64,000 nucleotides of DNA from positions 25,048,001 through 25,112,000 of the forward strand of contig NC_045138.2 in assembly GCF_008831285.2 (NCBI RefSeq). Reading direction: 5' to 3'. Under the pieces are notes generated by a model, which was not told the DNA's origin, made no database searches, and saw only the letters and a program-made list of their open reading frames with translations. The translations under genes and the position numbers were made by a program. The stretch is from Nymphaea colorata. Taxonomy: Eukaryota. Of the stretch, positions 14,301 to 32,089 are shown in pieces; within the stretch, counting starts at the first letter, position 1; each line of letters opens with the position of its first letter.

Positions 14301-17300
14301 AAAATTGGTTAGATTGATCGAACACTTTACTATACTATACTTTCAGTATTATATAACCCAAGTATACTATGCTCTGAGGGGCATAACGCATCTTAGGTTA
14401 AACGAGATCTTGGATTCTTGGTGTATAATATGACGTGATATTGAAAAGGATTTCAGATCCCTGGTTGAGAAAGATGCATGGTTATAACAGGAATTTGTAA
14501 CTCACGCATCTTTACTCCATGAAATTGAGCTCGCATCTGAATTTCACCACCTTCGAAACTGTGGCTTCGGTGGCAAAATGCGGCACTTACATTGGACTCC
14601 GGTGTCCTCTTCATTCTGTTGCAAGAACACAAGTGCTCTCCCCACTTCAATACACCTTACAATTATTGTTACGATGAATAAATAGAAGCCATGATCCCAC
14701 TAATGGTGTTTCACAGAACCAGACGGACAGTAGTATAACAGGGAGCAGATGAGGGGAAATTAAGGCTCAGAGTAAGTCGAATTCGTAAAAGCTAGATCCA
14801 ACTCGAAACTTTACTGTTCACATGCAACCCCAAGGAACAAAAGTTACTTGAAAGTGAGAACTTTTTATCCAAGTCTCACTGCTTTACCTCCTCGGCTTTC
14901 TCATGCTGTTGTCCTTGTAAAGCACTGCATAATTGAATTGTGGTTGTGCCTCGCTGGAAAGAGAACATTTCTACCATTCTATCTATCTACCCAGAATTTG
15001 GACTTAATTAAGCCTTTAATTTGCACCGACTAACATAATTTGCTAGGAATCTGCCTAACCCCAGCTTCCCTGTCTAGTGACGAACAGTAAACAAGTAAAG
15101 AACAAAATTTTCGATTGGTGTACAAATTTGCTTTAAACTTAATCTACTTTAATCATCTCGCATGCGACCCACTAATCAAACACTTAGCTTGCCTTGGATG
15201 TTCAACAGCATTTCCTGTTAACTACGCGTCTGTTGAACATTGTCTGTTACCCGTTTATTATATGCTTACTAGTAACATGCTTTCATAATTTACATGCGCT
15301 GTCATGCTTATAGTAACTGCTACCGTTTAAGTTTACCGATTATTAAATGTGGTCTAAAGGATGAAAGATTCCAACAGCATAGAACAATTCGAGTGAGAAG
15401 TTTTCTAGGTGGATAAATTTATAGAAGACCAACAATCAGACAAAAGGAACAACAGGTTTCAAGTGGTTTTGTCACGGTTCTAGAAATGCGGCCACCGCCC
15501 AAATTTCTCCTAGATTTGAGCAAAAACTGGAGTTTCTGATATCTTTTCAAGTACAAATGGTGAGCTCTAGTTTCTAAGTTAGGTTGGCTGAAGATTCGGT
15601 TCCCGTTTTCCGTTCCAAACTGCTGCAACTTGGTTCATGTTTTTTCTAGTTACAAATAGTATTATTGGCTTGATCTCAATGCAAGCAGATCCAAACGGGT
15701 TGATGCTGTGGGGGTGAGCTTCATGCCTGATGGGGTGAACTGTGACTGTCAGACAAACAGTCATGGTTTATTAGTTGTTAAGTTTTCTTCACTCTGATCT
15801 AATTAGTAAACAGGAATGGCACAATTCTAAGCAGGCGGAAACTTTAATTCCAAAGGCATTAGCCATGAGGTTTTACATAATTAGCGGAAATACAGCAAAG
15901 TTTCTCGTCTCGAGTGCAGTTTCCTCTTGTTTGGAAAAAAGGTTGCCAAGTGGTACTCGTGTTTATTTCCACACATTTTTTTACTGTTCACACCTAATCC
16001 ATTTGCACTTGCACCCCACTTGTACCTAACCCTTGTGCAGCTACACCTTAGGCAAATGTGCAGGAGTTTCTTGAATAAAGGAGGTTGATTGAGAGCACCT
16101 TTACAGATAACTCTCTTGAATGTCATTCACCAATATAATAACCAACCACGATCATATTCCATAGAAAGCTGTTCTCAGTCTGCCATTTTTGAATTTGGAT
16201 CTCTTCAATCTAAAGCATCAAAGGTGCTGAATCCCTTTTTCCTTTCTCGGCTAAGCCCATCCAAAGCACAAGGGATCCAACTGCAGGGATTGTTGCAGTT
16301 CATGTAAGCCACCACTGGCCTGATCCTCCCTCTTCTGACTTTCCAAATACTAAACTCTGCACTGAATTTGACTACTGCTAAGATGAACTTATCTTAAGCA
16401 CACAGACTCGCTTTAGCTTGAAAAAGGAGAATCCAAGTCTGTGGGTGGTTTGTCTCCTCACCAATCAATCTTTTCTTCTTTAATTATTCAGCAATATATA
16501 TACTGATCTTTTGTATAGGTCGGCAATCTGCCAGAGGCTTCCAAGAAGTGCCCTTAATTCTTCAGTACCAAACAGTTTTGTCCTCATGGCCACGCCACTC
16601 CCGTTTTTATGCTTTTGAGGAAGCAGGATTATTCTCTGTATCCAAATGGAGGTGCAGTTCCACCCGTGATGGGCATGCGACCCCACGAATCACGTGTGTA
16701 GGTGGCATCTTTAAATAACTTGCAGGACTTAGTGGGCTCCCCACCAAAAATTAACAGGCAACCAATCAATGCCTCCAATGGGCAGTACAGAACATAATAC
16801 AGAATGCAGGAAGGCTAAAGCGATTGAGGTAAAAAAAGAGAGTAAGAAACGCAAGGCAGATCTCTCATCTCCAGAATTTTCCTAGCCTGAATGCCTACAG
16901 CTCCATATTTTTTGTTCAATGCAGGACTATAAAGATGAACCCATCAATCAATGAGTTAATCACAGTCCCCCTAGTGAAGTTCCAAATCATCAAAATCTAA
17001 TCTGTCTACAGGATTCTTATTTCTAGTAGGTGCAGAACTTGACCAATGATATCTCTCCAAATAACAGTCGAGTTTTTTGGTTGAAAGAAGTACAATTTAC
17101 CAGGTTGCTTGTATGTGAGATGCATCGTGGTGAATGACGGAGGCGGCCATGATGTGAGGAGATCTGGACCTAACCTATCGTATGCAGCAGTAACTGCAGT
17201 TCATTTTTTCTACCTTTCCTTTTGAAGACTTGGTAGCTCCGCCAGTGGGTCCCCTGCCCCTAGTTGTCTGACAAATGGTTGGTAACTTGACATATTTACA

Positions 17301-17366
17301 CAGGTGAAGGACCATAGCCTAGAAAAGAGACGTAACGTTTTCCCAATGTAGGTAATACATTTATGA

Positions 17367-17657
17367 AGCTTTTGTAAGAAAGCACAGCGTCTGTCAGTCT
17401 GGCTAAGGAACAGTTTTTGAAAAGCAAATGACTCTTAAAACATACTTTGGATGCTTTTGTTTGTAATTGTGAATTGCAGAAAACCTCCTAGAATGTTACT
17501 TAAGATGGCATAGCTTTTGTAAGAAAGCACAGCGTCTGTCGGTCTGGCTAAGCAACAGTTTTTGAAAAGCAAATGACTCTTTCAACATACTTTGGATGCT
17601 TTTGTTTGTAATTGTGAATTGCAGAAAACCTCCTAGAATGTTACTTAAGATGGCATA
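17367..17657. repeat. Tandem duplication, 145-bp period, 2 copies
   Basis: AGCTTTTGTAAGAAAGCACAGCG...TTAAGATGGCATA starts at 17367 and 17512, with few mismatches. Confidence 0.95.
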
Positions 17658-19391
17658 CTTTTCTGCTTGTTCTATCTTCTAATATGACTTCATGCCCAGG
17701 ACCATCAACCATGGAGTTCTCTGCCTGTGATGTGACTCATGAACAAGTATAAAACCAGAATTATCTTCCTCGAATTGTATTAAAAGTAGTAGCATACATA
17801 TCCAGCACTTCTTTTTTAATAGTACTTATTAATTACATCATAAACCATGTCATGTCTCTTCGCCAAGACAATCTCACTTGCTGGATGCTAAGATGGATCA
17901 TACGTTTTCTACAGTTGCCAAGTGAACTGCAGGGTGGAGTTTGGATACACCTGATTGTCAGTTACTCAGAAACGTCGAGAAAACCTGTGAAGTGACCGCT
18001 CATGCTTTGCCCATCAGACTTTTTAAACTGTGCTTCCACTTTTCTTATCTTTCTTTGCTTGTTCTATTTCTTCACTCTGTTATGAATATGTCAATTCCAT
18101 ATGTTTAGGAGGGTTGGAGTTATAACTGCAAGATGACGATGCAAATTAATCAATTTTATATGGGGTTCACTTCTAAAAACTTTCAACTTGAAGGAAGTCA
18201 AGCGCGTTAATTTCTTGACATACTCTGGGCGGAATCTGCATGCCCTTAGCTTGCCAATGAAGAAAAAAAGGGTCTGGATCGTCCTGATGCTCGTATATCG
18301 GATTCTTGCTGATGCAGTCAAAATTCAGTCTGCCTCATTAGTTTCAAGCAGTCTTGTTAATAAAGCTTATCAAAACCTCTATCATAAAATGCCGTTGATG
18401 GAAAAGCTAAGCCACACAGTGAAGATTTCGACGTTAACCACATGATACGGGTGCTTGTTTTGGTCAACATATAAAACAGAAACCAAGGGATTCGTATGAA
18501 AGATGACCAAGGAGCGAGTATGGAGTCATCATATGATTTAACATTTAACGGAATCTTTCAGCATGGTGACGAGAAACTTGAACGGCTACTAACTTAATAG
18601 TTACCTGGGGTGAATGTTAGCCGGGAAACCAGATGCACACAAAACGAAAATGCATTCTTTTGAATGTTCTCGATTAATGTCAAGTATAACTAGCTAATTA
18701 ATACACTGAAAATCAAGGATATTAAAGAGTCATGAAGTTGGAAAGGACAAAAAATCAGACGATAAAAACCATGAATTTTCTAATATCCTGCAGTTGAAAA
18801 GCCCTTTCGTGTCAAACGACGACTAAGAGTAAGCCTCCTGTACCCACTTAGGCAGACAACAAATATTCCGATACGAGGATCACAGAGAAGACAGAGGCTG
18901 AAAGAGGACCGCGTCGTATTTGGAATCAAAAGAAAAGTGAAAAAGAGAGAGGGACACAACAATGGAAGCCATTTCACTCCCATGCAGTGACCCACCTGCT
19001 CTGGTGAGGTCTTAATGATCAAAATTCACAATTAACGCCATACAACATCGCAATGGAAGAGAAAAGGAAGAGGAAATCAAAATTATTCATGAGTTGGCAT
19101 TCATTTCTCTCAAACTAGAACAGGATGAAGCTAGATAAATTAGACATAAAACCCTTGTCTCTCAAAACCTGAACAGATGACACTAGAGAGAAAAAGCTCA
19201 GGCTGCCAAAGGGTCCAAAAAGTGGCACCTGACACTCTGGTATCATCTGTAAAAGGAAAAAAGAAAGAATATATTTGGGCAGAACCAACACCAAAACGCA
19301 GAGTAAAAGGAAAAAGAAAAAGGGAAAGAAAGGCCAGAGTTCCATGAAGCCATGAGGTCTGAAAATCTGAAAAAACGGTTGGCATATTACT

Positions 19392-19904
19392 TCACTCTAG
19401 AAAACCAGTGCTAGTCAGAACAGCATTCCTGACCTTCTTGAGATCTCTCCCTTTCAGGGTCCTTCCAGCACCTTCATAAACAGAAGATGGGGTAATATGG
19501 TTCCTTGCAAGCTTCCTGGCAATGAATTCATGTGGAGGTAACCTATCATCATCACCCTCTTCAATATCATCGTTATCAGCACCATCTTCAAAACCATGAG
19601 CATAGCAACTAGCGCCACTACCATCCTCCTCGTCCTCATCGTCAACACCCCATGGTGGCTTCAGACTCTTCTTGTAGACATTCGACCAGTCAGGGATGTT
19701 CACAGGGGCAGACTGTCGGACAATTCTGCCCTCAGGACTGCTGGCAGAAGCACCGACCTTGGGGATCATCCTAGAGGCGCTATATGCTCCTCTCTTTGTT
19801 GTAGACGCATCTCTGCTCTTCTTACCTCTTAAGGCAGCCTCCATCTTCTCCTTATGTCCAATGACGGACCACACTTCATCTTCATCAAAATCTCCATCAG
19901 CCAT
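19392..19904 (-). CDS. S40: Senescence regulator S40 / DUF584 family protein, 170 aa, intronless
   Basis: N-terminal FDEDEVW, SAPVNIPDW, acidic tract, LPPHE, and C-terminal SVYEGAGRTLKGRDLKKVRNAVLTSTGFLE. Confidence 0.93.
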   Translation of the reverse strand: MADGDFDEDEVWSVIGHKEKMEAALRGKKSRDASTTKRGAYSASRMIPKVGASASSPEGRIVRQSAPVNIPDWSNVYKKSLKPPWGVDDEDEEDGSGASCYAHGFEDGADNDDIEEGDDDRLPPHEFIARKLARNHITPSSVYEGAGRTLKGRDLKKVRNAVLTSTGFLE

Positions 19905-22900
19905 GGTTGCCCACTTCCCAAAAACACACCTTGCGGGGGGAAACTGCTGAAGAACAGAAATGGAAAATGGGCTGGGATGGATTATGGGAGGACACTTAAG
20001 CCATAGCTCTTTAGAAAATGTACAAGTGTTTGATGCGAAAAGTTCGACCCCTATTCATATTGACACCTCGCCACTCGCTTTGAGGAGGATGTTTGCACTC
20101 GCATGTGTTTTTCTCTTTCTTCTCTGGCCTCTGTTTTTTTTGTCTTTTGGTGCTTTCTTGAAGTTGGCGTCCCACGGAGAGGATAAAAGGGGAGTTTCAG
20201 GGTCACGCAAGACAGGAGAGAGAGAGGAAAAAAAAGAGAGAGCCTGGAAGAAAGGAAAAGTCGTGGATTGATGGGGTCTGGTGCTTCCTTATCCCTAAGA
20301 AGTAAGAAGGGAGGCGTTGGGTTTGGTGCTTCCTTATCTCTAAGAACTTGAAAGAGTGTTTTCTTTCGTAGTTCTTCCTTTCAGTTTCTACCACAAATTT
20401 AACAGCGAAGGATCGCAGGTAAGCTGATGGATGTGACAGAAAACCATTGTCTTCTCATCTCGTTCTATCCTACTGCAAGGCAGGGGAGTCTTTCCAGACT
20501 ACTGCAAGGGACAGATCACCATCTTCCTCCCCCTCTTTGCTCTCTCTAGGCTGCTGCCACCAAGCAGAAAGCTCTTCCTGTTATTCCTCTCTCTAGGCTG
20601 CTACCACAATGCAGAAATCTCTCTCTCTCTCTCTCTCTGTGGCAAGGTGCTGAGGTCTTTAATGGGTACTCGGCCGCTGATAGTGGTGTCACTGAGCATT
20701 TACCTGCTTTTGGCTACCAACTGTCAATAATCACCTGAACTTTTGGGCCTGAAAGAGCCCAAGCACTCCGGCGTGAGCTTGCCTTTTTATGGGCAGCCTC
20801 TGCACCCTATATGTCACAATGATACGTGCACGGAATGATTGAAATTTGTTGAGAATTGCATGTGTGCGTATAATTCTAAATGAAATATGCTTAATTTGTA
20901 TGTGTATACGTCTACACAGTCTTCCAGATTCATTTGCTCCTTTAAACGCAATTGACACGTTCAATCCGTCTTCGTGATTTCGTTTTAACATCTGCATCTT
21001 TAAGATAAACCCATTCGTCTGCTAGTCTGCCATAGTCGTGAACTCAGTAAGACAAAAAAAAGATCTGTATGCCTTCTCTTTGACTGGAAAGAAAATCTTG
21101 TTTACTGAAAAGATCGCTGACAAGTTTTACCCACAAAATTAATTTGGAAGAGCAAAAAGATAGGAACGAGTTTGTTAAGAAATAGATTGTCGATTGCTGA
21201 TCAGCCAAAGCTGAATCTGAAAGAAAAACCATTGGCAGTTCGGAGATTTGGTTGGCATGTTACATCTGAAGACAGCGACCAAAAAATTCCCTAAGTTTTC
21301 ATTCTTTCGAAGTCTAGCATCGATTTTTCTTTTCAAAATTCCAAAGCCTATTTTTTTTTTCACTTCAGTTTTCTATTTCAATAGATGTTTTTACAGGTTA
21401 CGCATGATACATTTTCTTCCAGAGCCACTTCTTATCCATAGATTCTCCCACTGGAAAGGGGAAACGAAAGAGAAAATCAAAATATCCTTCACTAAAGAGG
21501 TTACATAGCTTCATGAGATTGAGTTGCTTATACAAATGGAGCATTTTGATAATGAAAAGGGCTCAACCCTTCAACTACAGATTTAGAAGAATCCCATGTG
21601 GGCAGTGAGGCTTCCGGGCCAAGAACAGGCTTCAGCTTCGACTTGTGACCCGACCAGGCTGACTTAATCGGTGACAAAGCTGGACATGAATTTAACATGT
21701 ATCAAACTGAGCCGGCCCAGCAAACACAAATTCTGGCTATTACATGTAATTAGATGATTCTGCAGGGATTCTGATCCGAAATTAGATATCTAATCTTAAT
21801 TTGACTATTAAATTAAGCCATCTTGATATGACTATCAGAACAAGATGGATTCAGATTGTGCAATACAAATCCAACTTGAACGTGAACTACCCGCATCCTT
21901 GCTCGGGCCAGAGACCAAAAGTACTAGTTGATTTTGTTTGCTCTTTTCTTAGATAGGTTGGATTAAATGTGCCACAAAAGTTATAATCCAAACCTTCTGC
22001 TCATGCTCTCGGCTACAACAAATATGTTTGTCTCCCAATGAATCAATAACCTTAAGAAAACTAAGTTGCTTCTTGGCATAGTCTTTCACATCGATCTATA
22101 TAACATGTTCCTGCTTTTCAGTTTGCAGCTATATCTGCTGGCTTTCTATGCAACTTAAGGTGAGAAATTAATAATTTTTTTTTTCTTGAAAACCGAAACA
22201 TAACGTTATAATGTTTTATTACTTGAAATTTATCATATATTTAAACCATGGTATTATATTTTTCACTAAGTACTGTACAACATGTTATGATGAGGACATT
22301 ACATAGGATTTGATATGGCTATTTAGGAGCTTTTGTTAGTCAATCCATTTGTGATATGGCTATTTCCTTTTTCCATGAGTTGTCTTGAAATATGACATTT
22401 GTATATGTATTTCGATTTAGATAGGGCATTACATAGGGATTTGATTCCAGTTCTTGTATCAGATCCAAAAGCAAGCGTTTAACGTTGAGCGCAAATTTGC
22501 CTTCGCCATGAACACATTAAAATAAAATAAAAATGATTGGATTTACGTTACGATACCAACTGCATGCAACATCCTGAAAATTTCACATACTATGACATTT
22601 TGAAACATGTTAGCACATTACATTTGTTTGTTTTAAATATTTTTATATCCCATCAACCTCATAAGTTTATCACGAGATTATCCAATATCGAAGGGTAGGT
22701 CACAATAGGACAATACATCAGATCAGCACGATCAGGTCTCCTATTTTAGCTGTGGTGTCTCTAGCGATGGAACCATAAAAAAAATTCTAAAGCAGCACTC
22801 ATTCACAAATTTTATATATCTAAAAGGACATTATGTATACAACAGAACCAATATTTAAATATAAAAATAAAGAAACATTGAAGGTAGCCCACATTAATGT

Positions 22901-23485
22901 TTTATTACTTGAAATTGAAGAACTTTGGCAAGTGAAGTTTCACCACTTCGCGTGAAATGATGGCTCTTCACACTTGGGTGTACAAATTAACACAAGTCCA
23001 CTAGCAAGAGATTGGAAGTTACTTTTATGGCATGTTCAGGATTTGAAGAATGTGGTTGAAATTAAACGACATTTAATCACATAAGGTAACTCGTGCACAT
23101 TGCTTTATCAGTCGAATGATATTAGACAAGCTTAACATATTTCCTCATGCCGAATGAGATTGGGCAAATTTGTTTGAGTTATAACTTACAAAAGAACTCA
23201 ACATCCTGTCGTGACAAATTAAGTGAGAATTTGGAATCACATTTTAGACATGTAATCTTGTTAATATTAAAGTAATTAAGGGGAATGCAACATGGTCTTA
23301 GCAACAATAATAGTTTGTTATTGTTTTGTGAATTTGATTTAGGTTGTCCTTTTTTACTAGTAATCCTAGAATCCTAGGATCTCAAATCCATGAATTTAAG
23401 GTCAGACTTTCTTTGGTTTTTAACATGCAACATGGATTTAAAATTCATGCTACTAAGATGATCTTCACTTTGTTTAAATTGAGGA

Positions 23486-23846
23486 CAAGGGCAGAGTCAA
23501 GATTTTTTCGTTAGGAACGCCAAATTATAGTTTCAAAACTTTGATAAGAACTGAAATATCATTTTTTTAAATTTTTATATAAGATAAATGACTTTTTTTT
23601 AAAATTTACATGTGAAATTAAAAAAAGAAATTGAAGAAGAAGGAGCTACATATAGTTTGGTGTGGGCAGTTGCCCACACCAAAAAAGAAATTTATTTATT
23701 TTTACATAAATTTCTTACAATTATTTATTCATTTATATATATTGTGCACTTTTAAAAATGAAAATTTCTATAAAAGTACCTCGTAGCTAAAAAAATTCTA
23801 GCTCCGCCACTAGAATTAGGGACCTCCCTTCTTCCCTCCACCTCTG
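23486..23846. mobile_element. hAT-type MITE (CAGGGGCGGAG-like termini) with a perfect 8-bp TSD; contains a remnant of a second MITE ending CTCCGCCACTA
   Basis: ATTGAGGA at 23478-23485 and 23847-23854 flanks CAAGGGCAGAG...CTCCACCTCTG. Confidence 0.85.
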
Positions 23847-25475
23847 ATTGAGGATCTTAAAAAACAGTAGCAATATTTGAGGGAATCAAACACAAACTTA
23901 AAAATTGAAATTGAGTCATAAAATGTTATAAACATCGTGTAGATGATAAAGCAGTATCAAACAGTCCCCATCGCATCACAGACAAGAAGCTGACAGAAAT
24001 TGAGAACTTTGGGTGCGAAACTCTACAAAATCTCTGAAATCCCGCCGTGTTTCCGAGATGGAATAAAGTATTTGGTGTCCCTTTGAAAATGAAACCTGCC
24101 TATAAGAAATAAAGCAAATAAGCAGCGATTACACGGGAAAACTGGGGCGATTGCGTCTGGCATCGGATTTTTGCGTGGAATCTTCTCCAGCACGGAATTG
24201 GGGGGCTTGGGGATTTTCCTCCCCCCTTTGCGCGATCGTGACGACCATTATCATTGTAATCAAAGGTGAGGGTCCTTTCCATTCTTCCCTTCTATTATCT
24301 TCCTCCGTTTGTTCTGCTGGTTTTTTCTTCGGATGGGAATGGTTCTGTTGATCGGTGTTCTGGTGTGCTTTGATTTACTGTTCTTTTCTTCGCATTAGGA
24401 CTTCTGCTTGTCACCGCATCCCCTTTTCTTCCTTGGTGTTTAGAGGATCAGTATTATATATTTCGTGAGCGTTTCTGATCGATTGCACCTAATCAGGTGG
24501 AAAACTCTCTCTCTCTGGCGTTTTCCAATTTAGAGTTGACAATTTTCACTCTGAATTTCTCCTCTTATTCTTTCCATAGGACTGGTGGGATTGTTTTCCT
24601 TTTTTTCTTCTGTTACGTTCTCTTTGCGTTCCCGTGTTGCTTGTAGGAGTGGATATATGTCGGTTGTTGCTGATTTTTTCTCTTTCTCTGTTTTGGATCT
24701 TTTGTTTGGGACTGGGGAGGAGGAGTGCAAGTATCGAGGGTTAGGGCGAAAGGTGGCTGTGCTTTTTCTTGGATATGAAATTGCTGTTTTGTGGTTTTTT
24801 CCTTTTTTTTTTTTCTGTTTCTTAGGGCGGTGATCCTACTAATGGTTGCTAAGTTTGGTGGATGAGAAAATCGCTACTAATTACCATTTTGTACTTCTTG
24901 TATTGATTTCTGCTTGACATCTTCTGAACTGTTTATTGTAATATTTTGCATTAGTAGCTTCATGGTTCTAATTTATTTTTTCTTTCTCGGCGCTGAGTAT
25001 TTGCTTTTCTCTTTTTTTTATCCAGCGACATGTTTAGTTCTTATTTTTTTCTCTTTTTCTTCCCGTATTTCTCTTTTCTAATTTGCGGCTGTCTTGGTAG
25101 TATCAAGTGGTTTCCCTTCACTCAGAAGACAATTCCTTGATTCCGTCTTGTCCTTCGCTTTTGTCTCTCGTGTTTTTTTCTTTTGCTAGACGTTTAACCT
25201 TTTACTTTTTTTCCCCACCTTAATGGACTACTGTTTACGGCTTTGACAAATCACCATGAGGAAATGTTTATGTTTCTCTCCTTCTCTCTTTATTCCGCAA
25301 TAATTCTCCTTTGTTAATTTCCTCTTCCTTTGAAGTGGTGCTTCAGTATTTTTTTTTTTTTGTTTTTTTGGACTTCCTCATTTGTTTATGGTCGATTGGT
25401 CGTGTTTCTTGACTTTGCCTTGAACTGAAGAATGTATAACATTCCTGAGACAGGGCCGACTAGCTGGGAACCGTC

Positions 25476-29363
<3,888 letters not shown>

Positions 29364-31903
29364 GATCAGCAAACACGCAGTCTCCCCCTTACATAATGAA
29401 AATAATATTGTACATTCTTCTTTTATCGCTCCAGTTCTCTCTGTCTTCTCATCTCCTTGGATGAATCACCAAAACCTAGTAAAGTCTTCCACTTTGTCTC
29501 TTCCTCTCCCTTGAGCACAATATCAACGGGAAGAACTGATATTACCTATCAATAAATTCCTTGTGCGTCTCAAAAGTCCAATATCCTGGTATGTCATATT
29601 TATCTTGTTTATTTTTGTCTCACTTGGAGCTTGCAGATACTACTAGCTTGTCAACACACACAATGCACTCCAAAGCTCGGTGACAGTTGCTCCTTTGTGA
29701 GCTCTAGCTGATTGTTAACAGGCTGAGCAAACTATTGATTGTTGTTTGCAGTTCAGGCCTCCAATGAATATGGTTGTTGCATTGCAACACCTTTACAACT
29801 TTGAATTGTTGGGATGAGTGGGCAAGGTGATTCTTTTTCAATGAGAATAGCTGTCTCCATCATCATGACCTCAAAAAAGAAAACCTCCTATAGTTTTGTT
29901 TTAATTGCTTGGATGAGTGAGCATTGAATCTCCTCCGGTTGATTTCTTCAAGTGCATATGTGGGGTTTCCGGCTACTCGTTGTGTTGGTTTTTTGTTAAG
30001 GGCACAAAGAGGAGGTGTATTTTAAGTACACAGGAGGAGTGTAGGACTTTTAAGTACACAAGAGGAGCGTAGAAAGTAACATCCCTTTTATATGTCCATG
30101 GGAGTTTGCCTACAGAAGGTGAGAAAAGCCAGAAACCCGATTGCAGTTGGGGCGTTGAGGTTGCACGATCTTTATTTGAAGTTTGAACAGTGCCTTACCT
30201 GAATGGCTATCAAGATTTTGTACTATAGCAGCCGATTCAACAATCTATAGGTCAAAGACTCCCATAGATATAGCGGTTTAGGCCGTGGTCATCGGGCTCG
30301 TTCAACAGCTATATCGTTCAAATATGAGCTGTGGCCTCAGTTTGAATACGCCATTAGGGGTCAATTGACTGGCAAGGGTTTATCTTAAGATCGTAGTTAT
30401 AAAAGTCATAAATTTGAATTAAGGACATGAAATTACCGGATGTTGCAAACTTATATTTATAGATTAAAGAAGGGAGGGGGCTTCACTTGCGATAAACGGA
30501 CTTCCAGACTACAAGGTTTACAAATCCACCGTGGAATCCTTGGGGGTTTTTCCCCTTAACATACGATTTCGAAACCTGATTAGAGATCAGGGATTTAAAA
30601 GATCTTAAATAACCTCGAATTCTTTTCATCTTTATTTATTTGTGTTTTTCCTTAGGCAAAACTAAGTTATTTTATTAGTACTCAAGTCAAAAATGGGGTT
30701 TCAATGCGAAAACTGCAAATCAGGCATGGAACCTTCCATGTTGAAAAGCATCCAATGCAAGCCAGTATATAAAACCAATTAGGTGGATTACTGGATCGGA
30801 TCAACAACGAGATACCCACAAATCACAGTATTAAACCCGACCCGCTTGCATTCCTTGTCAGAACTCCACGAGACAGACTGATGAGGCTTCAAGTGTGACA
30901 ACTGAAAGGAAGCCAGCAGAAGGATGGTCAACGTCGAATAGATTGGAATGGAAAGGAAGCAACAATTGAGTCTAATGAGCATTCCGACACTCAACCACTT
31001 CCCTAGACTTGAAGTAAAGAGATTCCCAATAAGAGCATTCCAACGCACACCTTGCTAAAGCGTAGATCCCAATATCTAAGCAACATTGCGACCAACCAGC
31101 AAGAAAGATGTTTTCGGCTTGGGTACAACAAAGAAAAATACGAGTGAAGATTGATTAGCTTTAATGATAAGAAAACCCAGGTTCTGAACAAATTTCTGTG
31201 GTTCAATAAAGAAGACATCGAGCTTAAGTATAAGCTTCCGCTAATGGATCACATACATTGCCCATACAATTTACACAAATACATAAGCTTGAGCGTGAGA
31301 CGTCATAAAAAGTTATACTGTGATTTTGTAAATATTGAAATGCTCCAACTTGTACCATCTACAGGTCAAATTGATATCTATTGATCTTCAATCTCAGTAC
31401 GCTTAGGCTGATTGATTAAAAGCTGATAGGCTTTAGGTTGATTGATATTTGTCTAATGTTCTTTTGCACAAGACGAAGTCAAAGCATACATACCAGACAC
31501 TATGCATAATAATAACTGAACTTCTTTGAGGCTTAAGAACCAATGAACAAGTGATTTGCATCTAAACAGCTGGTGCCAAATTTCTCCTAGACGACTCCAC
31601 GTCCATATTTATACAATCCACAAGCTTATATGCCAGTACAAGCTCATTTGCAGCTCTCAAATGCATGTTTACATGTCTTATGCGTGTGTGTAGATGAACA
31701 AGCACGAGTAGAATGGTCATATTAGCAACAATGGCAAAAAACTGAGAACTTAAAGGTAACCGAAAAGTTATGAACAAAATTCAAAATATACAGAGAAAAG
31801 GGGAAACCACATAGAAAGAAAAAGTTCACGTCCAAAGAAGAGTGTTTTCAACAATCCAATCACATGGTAGGCACAAAGATAAAGAATGAAGATCAGTGAC
31901 AGA

Positions 31904-32089
31904 TCATTTGGATGTCCTCTTCTGGTACTGGGTCTTCACCCATTTGATTCCAAAAGTGGTCCCGCTCTTAACCTTCTGTGCACCAAAGACTGCAGCGGCT
32001 TTAGCCTTTTCCATGCTCACAATTGCAGCAGTCTTCATCTTGGCATTCATATCAGACATTTTGCTATCCTTGTTTTTGGTTGATCCCAT
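31904..32089 (-). CDS. Small basic uncharacterised plant protein, 61 aa. Probable non-coding first exon ~35457-35306 and a ~3.2-kb 5'UTR intron
   Basis: EKAKAAAVFGAQKVKSGTTFGIKWVKTQYQKRTSK* resembles, from recall, the C-terminus of a conserved family of small plant proteins (KVKxGTSxGxxWxKxxYxK). Polypyrimidine tract and CAG acceptor 7 nt before the ATG. CAG|GTGAGC donor at 35306/35305. TATAAA at 35488-35483. Confidence 0.75.
   Translation of the reverse strand: MGSTKNKDSKMSDMNAKMKTAAIVSMEKAKAAAVFGAQKVKSGTTFGIKWVKTQYQKRTSK

Noticed and set aside
15198..15241. Inverted repeat ATGTTCAACAG...CTGTTGAACAT
   Set aside because: An 11-bp stem is too short for a miRNA precursor, and no known mature miRNA was recognised.
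30876..30920. CTGATGAG followed by a GGCTTC...GAAGCC stem, resembling a hammerhead ribozyme core
   Set aside because: GAAA lies inside the loop rather than directly after stem II, and no convincing stems I and III were found.
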